A DNA stretch of 64,000 nucleotides, taken from the NCBI RefSeq assembly GCF_009914755.1, contig NC_060936.1. One strand, 5' to 3'. Source of the DNA: the human T2T-CHM13v2.0 reference genome, Homo sapiens. This document shows, in pieces, positions 38,613 through 52,059 of the stretch. Each line of letters begins with the position of its first letter. Within the stretch, counting starts at the first letter, position 1. The position numbers and the translations under genes were made by a program. The notes under the pieces are model-generated. The model made no database searches, was not told the DNA's origin, and was given only the letters and a program-made list of their open reading frames with translations.

Positions 38613-40429
38613 TATATATACATATGTGTATAATTTCATTTCATATTCTTAATTTAATTCCACAGCAACCCAGCAAAGGAGGTTGTGTAATTAGCACCAT
38701 TTACAAATGCAGAGAAAGGTTAAGGACCTTTCCAAGATCATAGACCTAGGAAGGTTGTATGGAGAAAGGACACTGAATAACCAAAGATGTTAAGACTTCT
38801 CAATCAAATGATGCAGAGCAAAAATTATGAAGTCAAAAGGGGCCTGAATGGCAGAAGAGTTTGAGGGTGAGGCCAGCCAGAAAAGATAGAAGGAATAGGG
38901 TAGGAGCTTAGGATGGGGCAGTTGGAAGCATGTAGAGCCCATACTCTTCAACTCCCTCCTACCCCATCTACCACCATATTGAGTCATCTTTGAAGATTGG
39001 TGACAACTGTGAAATGGGCCAGAATGAGCTGGTGGGCCACAGTGCCACCTAAGCATTCATGGATGGTATAGAGGGAAAAACCACCATAATTCTCTTGCAC
39101 TGGGTGACTCCCAGTTCCTACTAGGCCTCTGGTTTCTCTTTCCTCTGAAATGCTAGCTCAGCCCCTTACCCTGGGTTAGCTCAGGCTTTCAGTTCAGCCC
39201 TCCCTGCTGAACCTTCTGGTGGGTCATACTGACTTGGCCCTCAACTCATGCCAGAGAGCTGGCCAGGGATCACTCTGTCCACCATCCTATACCAGCTGTT
39301 CCTGACCAGCTCTAGCCTCTTTTGAATCATCAAGAGGACCATTAGGTGAGCTTTGTGAGAGTATGAGGGAGTAGTGAGAGCTTCCTGTAAAAATTCAGTA
39401 AGAAAGACAGCCTGGATAAGCAAGAAAGAGCTGCCCTAGGAGTACAAGATGATGAGAAAGCCCACATAGGCAGCTTCTTGGTTCCCTAACCAAACAGCCA
39501 CAGAGGTGGTAGGAGGGCTCAGGTCTCCCAACCTAGCCAGGGACATTTCCCCTATCAGCCTCATCTTGAGAAAAGTTCCTCTTATTTTGCATGGGCACCA
39601 AAATAGGAAAGCAAAGGCATTTGCATTTCAAAAATGCAATGTAAGGCAATTCTTAAACAAAAGAAATAAATTTCTATCAATAAAATTAAATTTCTGTCTG
39701 CTGGTCCGTTATTGCATCATGAGAAAATAGCTGGATGGATTGTCACTATGTGCAGAGACTATGTTTAGGATGACCTGAGTTACAGCTAGACTATGAAGCA
39801 TGCACCAAATTCTTCAGGGAGAGGTCAGAAGTCATCCTCTAGAGAATTTGCAGGCCTTGATTTGCAATCAAGCTCTTTTCACAGCAGCAGTTCCATGTAG
39901 CTGCGTTCCATGGTGGATAGCCAGGGATTCATTTATTTAACTGCACCAATAAATCCTAAGCAATCCTTAGGGAAGCCACTCACAAATAGTAGAATGTTAG
40001 CCACTGGGTGAGGAGGCTGGAGCTGAGAGGGGCTTCCTAGTAGCCCCCAACCACAAAAAATGAGAAACTTTCCAGCTCATCCACTGCCCCAGACTCCTCT
40101 TTACTTCTTCTATGGCCATTGGGCTTCAGTGGAAAAACAAAACAAGAGTTGGATGCTTGCTAGACACCCCAACACAAGCCATTTAGGGGTAGGAGGAAGG
40201 GAGACTGGGAGAGGAATGTAGGACGTAGAGGTCACATGAAATTATGGCTGCTCCAAGGGGAACACAGTATTCAAGGCATCACGGGAAGTACAGGAGCACA
40301 GGCCCTCAGCCAGGATCCCTCTCCTCCCAGCCTCACGGACTCTGATCGGGCAGCCTGGGGGCTAACTGGTCTGCTGGGAGTTGGATAGTCAGTGAAAGCA
40401 CTCTGCTCTCCTCCCCCAGCCTGCCTCTA

Positions 40430-40817
40430 GGTAAATGTGTGTATTTAACTAAACCACAACCACAAAGGCTCATGAAATTTTCCTGGAAGCCAATTAAAGC
40501 AAGGAGAGTCATAGTAGTAGATAGTATTAAGCCATGTACCAATTCTTTTTGGCTTACAAGTGCCGGAATTGCTTGTTTATACATTAAGAGCAAAAAAAAA
40601 AAAAAAAATAGACTGTAGTCTTTTCTCTTAATTGCTGTAATTATACTTGTGCCACCCACAAGAGAGGCCATTGATCTCATTTCTAAAGGGCAATTGTTGT
40701 AGCCTGGCTCTTCTGAGAGCTTTACAAAGTTTTTCTCATTTTCTGATTACCACTGGCGTATTGAGCTGCCAGTAGAAATGTATTTTCTCCCTGGTGCATT
40801 TCTCCCTCCTCCCCACA

Positions 40818-40852
<35 letters not shown>

Positions 40853-41330
40853 CCTCCCTCCTCCTGTCTCTGCTGCTGCTGGGTAGTTACCAGGAAGAGC
40901 TCACTTCCTCCTTCCTCAGGATCAAAAGGGATTGCAATTTCTGTGATCAATTGTGTGTGGTTAGACATTCTCAGAATATCCTGAATGTGGAAGTACTCAA
41001 AAGCCCATAATCTGGATAATAGTCGTCTGTGCTGGCCACATCCCTTAGGAAAGGCTCGAGAAACCTGGGTCAAAAAATTTACAAACTTTTTTGGCTCATT
41101 CGCATTGTGCGTTGAATTGGGCGAAGCATTTCCTTCGGGCTACCCGATACACAGCAATCTGAAGTATTATTGTGGCCTTCTACGCTTATCCTTGGAAGTC
41201 CTGCCTGAGTCCTTTCCCTGTGTAATCGTGAAGGAATGCTGTTCCAAAGACATGGGGTCAGAAGGGTGCAATAAATCAATCCAGATACACCCCTAATGAA
41301 TGGCAAATTAAACAGCATTTGTTTTAAGTT
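40430..41330. promoter_or_regulatory. Candidate conserved non-coding element
   Basis: Non-repeat block rich in TAAT/ATTA motifs. ATAAATCA (PBX-HOX) at 41271-41278, and 9 CpGs in 41020-41240. Confidence 0.4.
40817..40862. repeat. (TC)n polypyrimidine microsatellite
   Basis: Read directly. Confidence 0.9.
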
Positions 41331-42479
41331 CATAGGTCCTCTTGGAAGATGCCTTTTTAGTGCAAGCAAAATTCCTGGGTTGCAGGTATGAAAAGCTATG
41401 GGGGGTGGGGTGTGGAGGGCTCATAGTCTCTGGGTCGTTTTAGCCACCGTTTTTAAAAGTGCCAAAAATATCCCCAAAGTGAGTTTGCCCAGCTAACTCT
41501 GAATGTGCAGTGCTTTCTGCAGCCCTTACCCTAAGACAGAATTGTCTGATTGCTGTGGATTCTGGGGCGACCCAGACCCTTGCTCATTGGGTTTCCCCCT
41601 TGCTCATTCAGGTAGTGCTGCTGGGCTGGATAGGTGTTTTTGAGAACCCGCCATCCTCAAGGCTGCAAAGATTGAGCTAAAACAAATCTTCCAGTCACAT
41701 ACAATTCTAGCAGAATCACGGAGACATGGCCTGTGGCATTGAGAAGATTAAATTACCAAGCCCGCTGTGCCCCCTCCCCCAAGTAACTGGAATATACTTG
41801 TTAGAGCTGCATCAGAAAGAACAGAATAGCCTTTAGTCTTCCACAGCCCCTAAGCATTTTGGTAATAAATAATAAAAGGTATTTATTACATGTTACAGTG
41901 ACATTGTGGAATTCAAATGCAGTTAACCATAACATTTTCTTCCTCAAATGTTAAAAAGAAAGAAAAAAGTATTAGGAGTGGGGAGGCAGGACAGCGGGAG
42001 CAGTGGCTTTAAAACCTGAGGAATGTGGTAAAGAGAGCCTTGTGTGTTTTTTATAGTCGTAGAATGGGGGTAGAAAGTGGGGAGAAAACATGGGCAGGAA
42101 GTCAGGGGATTAGGGCTGCAGGCCTGTCGGTGCCACTGTCTGGCTTTGCTACCTTGGTCAGAAGGACTACCCTTGCTCCATCGCAGCTTCGAAGTTATCA
42201 TCAGATAAAAGGGTTGAGAGCCTTCCTGTTTTATCAGCTGTTTATTCAGTTCTCTCAAAAGACCTCTGCGTCAGGCTTCCCTGAAGTTCAGTGGTACACT
42301 CTTCTGAACCATGCTTCCTTTCAACCAAAAGGGGCCAGGCTCAGTCTAGGTAATGGACAAGGGACGAAGAAACAGGCCCTGTGTTTCCCTTGCCTCAATT
42401 TACCGTGCTGTGGACTGGACAGAAAAGTCTTCCCTGGACTGACTCCCCACAGAGCTACAGGAAGCATCTGGCGGTAGAG

Positions 42480-42720
42480 GGTAGTGGCTAAAAGCATAAG
42501 CTCAGAGTCAAGTTTCGGCTTGGGTTCTAGCCCCGGTCACCTGTAACCATATCTTCTATTACACTGGGACCTTGAGCAAGTTGTTTAACTCTCTGAGCTA
42601 CAGAGTCCTTATCTGGAAAATGGTGTATTGTATCTAAAAATGAATGACAGGACCTAGCATAGTCCTTGACACATACACTCTCAATTAATGGTAGCCAAAG
42701 AAATGAGCAATAATAAAAAT
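42480..42720 (+). mobile_element. MIR SINE
   Basis: gtagtggctaaaagcataagctcagagtca...gaccttgagcaagttgtttaactctctgagc. Confidence 0.65.
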
Positions 42721-42953
42721 GTTTCCTAGGCCTTAGTTTTATGCTAGTAACTACGGGTAAATGATGGCTGGGAGCAGGGAAGAAGAGTGCCTTATTTATA
42801 TGTAGAAGCCTCTGGCAAGCGCACATGAGCTGTTCTGGGTGCTGGCTGGGGAGGTACCACAGCACATCTTAGGAGCCATGCCTGCATTTAAGGAAGGACT
42901 GCAAAGGCAAGAAGCAGGAATGAGAGACCTCTTGGAAAAAGATGTGGATTTTA

Positions 42954-43460
42954 CATTCATTCATTCATTCATTCATTCATTCATCTAGCACTGAGGAGCT
43001 ATTGCAGTTGTGGCTTTTGGTTACTTGTTCATGTGTCAGACCTTTGCTAGCAGGATTACAGAGATGAATGGCACCATCCTTGCCCTCAGAGAACTGACAG
43101 TCTAAAGTTCTAAAAGCAAACTGGCAGTGACAATAGAAGATGCTAAGTCTGAGGAAGGTAAGCACAGGGAACACGGGAGGTGGGGTGACTGTTCTGATTT
43201 GTCCAGGACTATCTTGATTTTAACACTAAAAGCCCACATTCCAGGAAGTCTTTCTGTCCCAAGCAAACAGACAGTTGGTCACCCTAGTGGGAAGAGTCAG
43301 AGGAGTGGCAGCACCTGAACTAATCTTGCCAAGTCAGAGAGGGCTTCTTGGCAGAAGGGATGGCCTACAAGGAAAGTAGGAATTAGCCAGGCAAGGATGT
43401 TGATGAATTGGAGGTGGAGTGGGTCTTAAGTAGAAAGAACCGCACATGCAAAAACCTAGA
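42954..43460 (-). mobile_element. L2 3' end with (CATT)n tail, interrupted by MER81
   Basis: (CATT)n at 42954-42984, then ccttgccctcagagaactgacagtcta. Confidence 0.65.
43181..43286. mobile_element. MER81 (hAT-Blackjack) MITE
   Basis: TIRs tggggtgac / gttggtcacccta, about 106 bp. Degenerate 8-bp flanks acgggagg / gtgggaag. Confidence 0.75.
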
Positions 43461-45349
43461 AGCAGGCAAGACCATGAGGAAGTGGGGAACCCTGGGGAGA
43501 GAAGGTGGAAGGCCTTTCTTTGCAGTGGACAGCCATTGCCCTCCAAATGTGTTCCTCTTCTCCTTGATCTCTCCTCTGACTCATGTTGATTGAGAATGTA
43601 GATCGGCAAAACTGTGGGAGATGCTGTCTAGGCAACGCTCACATTAGCAGGGAGAAAAGAAGATGAATTTTTCCCAAGGTCCCTTTCAAGTCTTTGATTC
43701 TAAACCAAGAATACACCCCATCAGGCCATCCACAAGGGAGGTGTTCACTCTGTGTATAAGATAAATAGCCTACACCTTCCCTATGTATGTCAGCTGCCTT
43801 GAAGAGTGACACAAGTCATCACACAGTTGATTTGGCAGCAATGATATGTCCATCATAAATGCACCAGCATGGATGTGTTTGCTGGGCCACCACCAGCTGG
43901 CTGAGCCACCGTGGAGATGAAAGTTTAATTATTTTGTTTTTCTAAGTAAAAAAAAACCCTTTCCTGGTGAGGCATCACACCCTTTCCATTGCTCATGAAG
44001 ACCTAGAGAACTAGCTGGAGTTCGTTTTTTCCCCATTATTCCCTAAATGTTGCTGTAAAGAATGCTCTCTGACGTGACTTGTTTCTGTATTTTACAGAGC
44101 CTATTCTGTTAATATGAACAGTATTAAGTCAAGAGGGTACCTGTTTTGCTTTTCAGCACTTCTTTCCCAATGTGAATCACTTTGGGAAAGGTGATTTCTA
44201 GATTGTTAATCCTTTAGGTATGTGTTTCATCCTCTAATATCAGGCTGGCATAGACACACTGGGAAAAAAATAAAAATAAAAACTTAATGTCTTTTCTATA
44301 GCCTGTCCCAGAGAAGAAAAGAACGCAGGGAGGAAGGAGTCTTGACATCACTTAATAAAGCTTTATGAGTAACTCCTTTACTACCCTAGATAACATTGCT
44401 AATGCATATTGCTCAATGAAAGAAAATGTCCCAGGCTATGCTTTACAACAGGCAGAAAACTTTGAGCTGTCTTGCCAATGCTTTATACTAAGTGCCAAAT
44501 CCTTATTTCTTTCTTAGGCATTTATTGTAATAACATGAATCATGATGCATCACTCTGGTATTCGTGTGGCTGCTCAGTGTTAAGTCCCCAGGACCTCCAT
44601 GGAGTTGACTTTATTTGGTTTTCCACTTCCGCTTCTGAGTGAGAGCCACATGAACTCAGACGTGAAGGCTCACAGGAGCTCAAGTGGGCGGACCTTTCTG
44701 TTGCTGTTTTGGTCTGCCTGTACTCAGTGGTTGTGGTATGTGCAGACCTGAACACTTGAGGGGACATTCAGCTGGAACTACCCCCATTTCCTGTAGTTTC
44801 CACTAAAACAAGAGACTTAGGATGATGTTCAGGATTGCTCAGACAGTTGCAAACCTCTGGGGCACTTGGAAGAAATGTGGCTATTAATAGAATTTTTGAG
44901 CATTGACGTATATGTTTTCTAACTTCCCATATATAATCCTGAGAGTGGGGCTGGATGTTAAACCCTGGAAGTAGGGAGTTTCCAGAAAACCATTCAGGAT
45001 ATCAGTGTCAGGTTTCTGACTTGATGAAGAGTTTGGATGAGTGGCTTCTAGATACAAAGGTTAATAGTGTCTGTTTCAAAGCCTAAATGGAATGCTGTGC
45101 TCATCTCCAACTTTGTGAATGTTCAACTGGCACGGTCAATTTATTCACTTTGAAAGTCTTAACCGTGCTGGTGAACCAGCAGGAGTGCTGTTAGGAATAT
45201 TTAACATAAGCAAAAAGGAAAGGTAATGAACATTGAGAGCAATTGAAAGGACGATCCTGTGAAAAATATGTGACCTTACCTGAGTGTCTCAGCTGAGTAT
45301 CAGTCCAGCAGAGCACCAATCACTTGCAGTGGCTGTGGCAAAGACACTG

Positions 45350-45680
45350 ATGGCTTATTCATTGATTTGTACAATAAATATTGTGCCCTCACTACATGCC
45401 ACTTACTCTGCTAGGCATTGGAGATACAATGCTGGACAAAACCAGACATGCTCCTGTCCTTCCAAACTTAACAATTTGATCTGAGAGACAGATATTAATC
45501 AAGTAGTCACATAAAAATACATAAAATGTCAACCTTGACAAGGAATTGGACAAGGTACTATGAAAGGCCTTGACCTAGTTGGGGATATAATGATTGGGCT
45601 GAGACTTAAAAGATGAGAAGTAATTAACTAGGATACCACAGGCAGGAAGAGTGCTTCAGGCAGAGGGAACAGCTCGCACA
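45350..45680 (-). mobile_element. L2 LINE 3' fragment
   Basis: tctgctaggcattggagatacaatg...gagacagatattaatcaagta...caggcagagggaacagc. Confidence 0.65.
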
Positions 45681-45776
45681 TGTGAAGTTGAGTGATTCAC
45701 CCAGTCATACAATTAATAACTAGTAGAGTCAGAGATGGGTGAAGAGCTCCAGGGGTCTCAGTTAGGAGTCTTACTA

Positions 45777-45969
45777 GCCCTATCTAATAGAACTTTTTGC
45801 AATAATGGAAATGTTCTATAGCTATGCTGTTGGATACAGGTAGCCATTAGTTACATGTGGCTATTAGCTCTTAAACTGTGTTTAGTGTGATGAGGAACTG
45901 AAGTTTTATTTAATTTTAATTAATTTAAGTATAAATAGCCAAATGTGGCTACCATATTGGAAAGCACAG
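45777..45969. mobile_element. MER3 (hAT-Charlie) MITE
   Basis: tctaatagaactttttgcaataatggaaatgttcta...tagccattagttacatgtggcta...gctaccatattggaaagcacag. Confidence 0.8.
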
Positions 45970-47339
45970 ATCTATATGAACCAAGTCCTGAACTAGCCCA
46001 AGCTACACAGGGCAGAAGGTTACTAAAGAGGAGAGGAAATAATTTTTTTTTTCTGAGATAACGATAAGCACATTGACCTGGGGGCTTCATTCATTCACTC
46101 TCACTCAAAAACATAAATTTATTGGGTACTCACCATGTGCCAGGCACTAGGCTAGCCCTGGAGCTTCTCTGATTGGCAAGACCAATCTCCCACTCTTGAG
46201 GTATTCAGAGTCTGGTGAGAGCAGAAACACTCATAGTAGTAATAGCAATACATTGTGATTGAATTGGCAGGACTTTGCTTTTTTAGGGTTGCTTACAATG
46301 GGAAGAACTGAGGGGTCATTCTTCTCTAATCTCAACCCTATAGGCAAAGGTCATGGTTTCTAAATTCCAACTGCTCCATACTCCAAGGTCTTCAAATAAA
46401 GAGGGAGGGCTTTAGTATAACACACTAAACACTTTAAAAAATCTCCCAAATTCAGTATACCAGTATAAAAAAAGAAGTGGATTTGCATTTTCATGTAGGC
46501 CTTGCATGCCTCTTCATTTGTAGGGCATCTATTGCTGAGTTTGGGGAAGTTGGGCCCCACCAATTGAAATTCTTTATAAATAGGTCATGAGACTTTTACT
46601 CAAGGATCCAGTAAGTGACATAGAATTTTAGTCAGAGCCAAGCTGTATTTTCGTGGGACTTTCAGGCATTGACTTTTGCTTCTCACACAGGCTAAAAAGG
46701 GAGCTAATAACTTTTACATATTTTCTAAAAGCACTTTCTCACAAGCAGTGGCTGTTCAAACACTTCAAACACTTAAACCTTCCTGCTATTACACACAGAA
46801 TGCCAACAGTTATTACATCATTGTAAAAAACACTTCCTGATACTCAATTATACTCATTATGCCTAAATATTTAATTCCTGCCAATACCCAATTTAAATCG
46901 TCACTTCAAAACAATTTGTTTCCGATTATTGGGATCTACTAAATTACCTCCTCAAACCTATCACCTGAAAAAACATTAAGTGCCAGGGAGAATAAAAAGA
47001 CTTTCCCTGTTACGAACTCAGGACACTTGCCCAGGGAGCTTCTCCTTATGGCGCACTGGTTTCTACAGAGTGTTCTGGCTTACAGCTTGTCCCTGCATCT
47101 TGGAGACCCAAGGAGGAAGAACCCAGATGTGTGCCCCACTGACCGAGTTTGTCACAACTATGACTGCTCAGCAAAATTAGTGGGTGTGGGTTGTGGAGTA
47201 AAAAATAACAGAAGCAGAGGCTTACTCAAAATACACTTAATGAGAACCATCTAGGGGGATGGAAATCCATATTTTTTAAAAATATCTCAAAGGATTCAGA
47301 AATGATTGGTTAACAGACTAGAAAATACTATTGTTTTCA

Positions 47340-48460
47340 ATTAGCATATTTTACCCTGTTACATTTATGACATAATTTTCAGTGTGAAGTTTTTCAATGT
47401 CTCTTTTTCCTCTGAATTAGACAAGTACCTCAGGACTTCTTAAGACCAAATTGACTCTCCCTCATCTGTATTATTGCTGATAGGGCATTGCATTTCCACC
47501 AACAATGCTTACCTAAATTTCTCCATATGTTTCTTTTCTCATCAATGCTTCTTGCACTTCATTCTTTTTTTCTGGGTTAAATTTTGTTCCTGCTAAAATA
47601 TATCCTTTGGTATTTCTTTCCATGAAGGCCTTAGTAGTAAACATTTTTAGTTTTTTGGAAGTCTGAACATATCTTTATTTTTGTATCATTTAAGAGTGAA
47701 ACTTTAACAGATTATAAAAAGCTAAAATAATAATCATATCCCATAAGCACAGAGAAGATATTATTCCATTGTCTTCTGGAATCCATTGTTGCTTATGAGA
47801 AGTCATCTGTTAATAATCTAATTATCTTTCCTTTAAAGGTAATTTGTCTTTTCTTTCTGGTAATATTTATCTTTATTTTCATGTAGTGTGGTTTCAGTGA
47901 TATGTGTTTAGGTTCAGATTTGTGTTTAATTATCATTTGCGGATTCCATGTTCTTTTTCAACTTAAGGACTTATAATTTTCTTTAAGTTTGAAAATATTT
48001 CTACCATTGTCTAAAAATACCTCTTGCCCACATGTTGGGTTGTTCATTCTATCTCCATATCTTTTTATCTTCTCTTTTATATGCTTAATGTCTTTATCTC
48101 TTTGAAAAGTGTTTCCCTGAGGGAAAGTTAGTAAATTAGAGGTAAATGTCAGGAGGTCACTTTGCTGTTTTACTCATATATTCAGGCTCTAAAGTATTTT
48201 TAGTGAATATATTTTTCATTACTAGAACCTATATTTGCCATTTAAAAAAAATCTCCCTTTTTTTCAAAGAATTTTTTGCACATTTCTTTCTTTTTCTGTT
48301 GAATATTTTTTAAATGCATATTAAAAATCTCTTTCTGATTTCTCAACTATTTCTATTCTTGTGCATTTGCTCAGAGTCTTTCATGGAAGTTTGTTTTCTT
48401 ATGTGCTTCTGAGCTCATATTCAGGGAGTGCTATTTTTCATAGGGGGCATCTCTTTGAAG
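47340..48460 (-). mobile_element. Ancient HAL1/L1M ORF1-region fragment
   Basis: T-rich degenerate antisense ORF1 motifs: gtctgaacatatctttattt, ccattgtcttctgg...tgttgcttatgagaagtc, cctttaaaggtaatttgtc. Confidence 0.65.
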
Positions 48461-48829
48461 AGGTCCAAAGTTTGCTTGCGGACCAGTTTTTATGTTAATT
48501 TCTCATTATTGTATTATATAGGTAGCATGAATATGTAACCTGCCATTGAACAGAGTGCTCTTGGGGTTTCTGTTTCTCATAAGTGACTTTCCCCTCTTCT
48601 GCAGTGCCACATACCTGACCTGGTGGATAGAGTTTTCCTAGTGTTTTATCAAGACAGAACTTCCCAGCACCTGGATTTAGGCAGAATTTAGGATCTAGCT
48701 TTGCAGCACACATGGGGTATGTGCTTTCAACATCAGTCCTGCATAGCTGACACTTCCTTAAGCCCTAGGAGTATTCCAGTTCCAACATGACTATAAGAAA
48801 TTTTATTTTCAACTTCCATTTTGAGCTCT

Positions 48830-49080
48830 TTGAGTAATGATTAAAAGCCTAGAATCTATATTCTGACCACTTGGAATTAAAATAAACAGCTCTGCCACTT
48901 ACTAGCTGTATAACTTTGGGGAAGTTGCTGAATATCTCTATGCCTCAGTTTTCTCAACTATAAAACTATGGTAATAACTTTCTCATGGAGTTGTGGGGCT
49001 CAAGTAAGTTAATATAGGCGAAATACTGAGGATGGTGCCTGACACATAGCAAGCATTAAATATGTTTTTGCCATCATTAT
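48830..49080 (+). mobile_element. MIR SINE (near full length)
   Basis: cagctctgccacttactagctgtataactttggggaagttgctgaatatctctatgcctcagttttctca...gtgcctgacacatagcaagca. Confidence 0.8.
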
Positions 49081-49111
49081 CTTATTTTCAGCTTGCCTAC
49101 ATATTAAACTT

Positions 49112-49271
49112 TTTTGTTAATACATTTTATGTATATAGGCATATGTTAACATATATTTTAATAGATATAATTTTGTTAAATATATTTTATTAGGTTATAT
49201 ATGTGTCCTATATATAGGTATATGTTAACACATATTTTAATATACATAATTTTGTTAAATGTATTTTATTA
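49112..49271. repeat. AT-rich tandem duplication (61-bp unit, 79-bp period)
   Basis: 49132-49192 vs 49211-49271 differ at 5 of 61 positions. A partial third copy lies at 49112-49130. Confidence 0.85.
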
Positions 49272-50244
49272 TATGTGTGTCATATATTTTCTTTCAAAAC
49301 TTAAAAAATATGTTTTATATATGGATAGCATAAGATTTTCATTCTGTTTTAGAAATATGGCCTTTCTAAAGTGAGGGCACAGTGGTAACAAGCAGGATAT
49401 GGGAAGCTTATATTATATTCAGTTGCTATATGCAGGATTTGGGGCCTCTGACTTCTCAATGGTTGAATTCTTTTTTCCTCATTAAAGGCTTGGCTGGGCT
49501 CTGCTATCCTTCTCTCCTTCCCATGGCTGTCACTGCTAATCTTCACAAATTCATCTTTATTTTGAAGGTCATGGAACTCCAGAGATGTTTAGATGTATTT
49601 GAGCTGGCAGGAGAATTATTTTACTTCATTCATTCCTACATACAAAAGGTTTTTTATTTTCTGTTTTACCATTTTATTTGACCACACCAGCAAGTCTGTT
49701 TAACTGAATGTGGTATTTTCACAAGGAATAATGATCTGAGGAAAGGGGGCCTGTTCCCGAAAGTGGGATTGTAGATGCTAGTCTTGGCTCAATTTCTGGG
49801 GTTTATTAAAAGAGTGTTTATAAAACCACTCTATTTTTATTTACCAAGAATATTAGTGGGGGAAAGGGGCAAGAAAAAAAATGGCCTGGGACTCAAAATT
49901 CTCTGAGGATAAATCAATCATTAAGTAGATTATATTTACATGAATAACCAAGACTTGATGCAATGTGTCAGCCTACTCAGCTCCTAGCCACAGGTCAGCA
50001 AGGATTTAATGTACAATCAACCTTCTCTCATTCTACAGAAATAAATGAAAAACTAGTCAACTAAGCAGCAGCTTCTCTGAGGTTTCTTGAGTAGAAGGGT
50101 GACCTGCCTGTTCCTCTACTGATGCAATAAAGAGTACCACTTTTTATGAACCCGTCTCTCCTTCCTTTCTTTCTTCCTTTTGGAAAGCTAGCACTGGCTG
50201 TGAACATTATGGTGACATTAGTTTATCAGAGGCCCTTACTATGC

Positions 50245-50548
50245 TTTTTTTTTTTTTTTTTTTTTTGAGACAAGGTCTCATTCTGTCATTAAGGCTGGAG
50301 AGCCGTGGTGCAATCACAGTTCACTGCAACCTTGAACTCCTGGGCTCAAATGATCCTCCTGCCACAGCCTCCCAAGGAGCTAGGACTGTAGGTGTACATC
50401 ACCATGCCCAGCTATTTTTTTTTATTTTTTGTAGAGACAGGTCTCACTATATTGCCCAGGCTGGTCTCAAACTCCTGGGCTCAAGCAATCTTCCCACCTT
50501 GGCCTCCCAAAGCCCTGGGATTATAGGCATAAACCACTGAACCTGGCC
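50245..50548 (-). mobile_element. Alu (AluJ)
   Basis: Antisense dimer with J-type ctcctgggctcaag motifs. Exact TSD ccttactatgc at 50234-50244 and 50549-50559. Confidence 0.93.
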
Positions 50549-52059
50549 CCTTACTATGCATTAAAACACTACTTTTGGCAAAAAAGCCCCCAAAGACAAT
50601 CTTGAACTTGAGCAGGGAGTCTGACTGTGCACTGCATAAAATGGTGTTGAAAACTATGTGAGCACACATGCATATTTTTTGGGCTGGAGTTGGGAGAAGG
50701 GATGTGTCGCGCCACAAAGGGACTTGAAGCCAGAGCACAGTCAGACACCCACAGGCTGGGAATTCCTCTCTGCCTGGCCTCATTCAATCTACAAATTACT
50801 AAATGGGTAGAGTTACTAATACATGGTATGGCTTTGATGTGTGTAACATAAAAATGTTTCTAAACAACAAGACAGAGTTGAATAATTCATTTATTCTGAT
50901 TTCTGTAGGTAGACCCACTGTTTTATCAGAGGGAATCAATACATGGTGGATACAGAGGTTAGAATTTAGAATTTTAATCCCAGCTGTGTCAAGGCATCAT
51001 TAATTCATTTGTTAATTATCTCAACAAATACTTATCAAATGTCTACTATGTGTCAGACACTGTGCCAGACTCTGGAGATATAATGAAGAACAATGCAGAC
51101 ACAGCCTCTACTTTCTTGGAATTTATAAGTTGTATGCTGATAACCAAATAACTTTGTCTCTCTGAGAGTCATTTTTTCACCCGTAAAATGGGGTTGTAGC
51201 AAGGACTAAATGAGAAAATGCATGGGAAAGTGCTTTATAAATGCTAATGTTTTCTATATACTGAAGATCACACACACACACACGCACAATTGTCTTCCAT
51301 TCATTGCAAAGTGTAATGAAAGATTAATGAAGTTGGATCAAAGAGAACATGACATAAATTAAATCGTCATATTTATCAAAAGGGGAGGTTGTGTGGAGAC
51401 TTTCTTAGGAGTGAGTTAGGAACCTGAGGATGGCTAAGGCTTCCCTCGAGAGTTTTGGAAGGAGCTAGATTATAAATTATAAACCACCCTGAGTGTTTTT
51501 GATCCCCTTTGGTATGCACTCTTGGGCTTTTGGAGCAGTGCTTGGAGGATAATCTGAAAGGCTTCAAGGTCAAGGATGGAGAGAAGACAATGTAACAGCC
51601 CAGCACTGACCACCTGCAGAAATGCCTGGAGCAGGTTGGTCCCAGGAGCATCCTCTATGAGATCTCAGGAAGCAAGAAAAGGCTCTATGGAGGGAATGGC
51701 TTTTAATAGATACTTGGTGATCGGAGGAGAAAGACTGGCCTCAACTTCTCTTTCTCCATGCTGTTTTCTAAAATCATGCTGAGGTGCACTCTAGACAGGG
51801 TTGGGCATAGAGAGAGGCGAAGAAGATCAGAAACTCCAAGAGCCTCTTGTAATGACAGGCCATTGAGCTGGAGCCTGCACCTCAGCTGTCTGTGGCTCCT
51901 CCATCCTTTCTAGACCAAGGACATGTGTCAAGTACTTGTTACTGTAGAAGAATAAAGATGAGTGATGTGTTACTCTCTGAGGTGCTTAAATTATGACATC
52001 CAAAAAACAGAAAGTATTGTGACACCAGAAACAGAACCGGAATGACAAATTAATATCAT

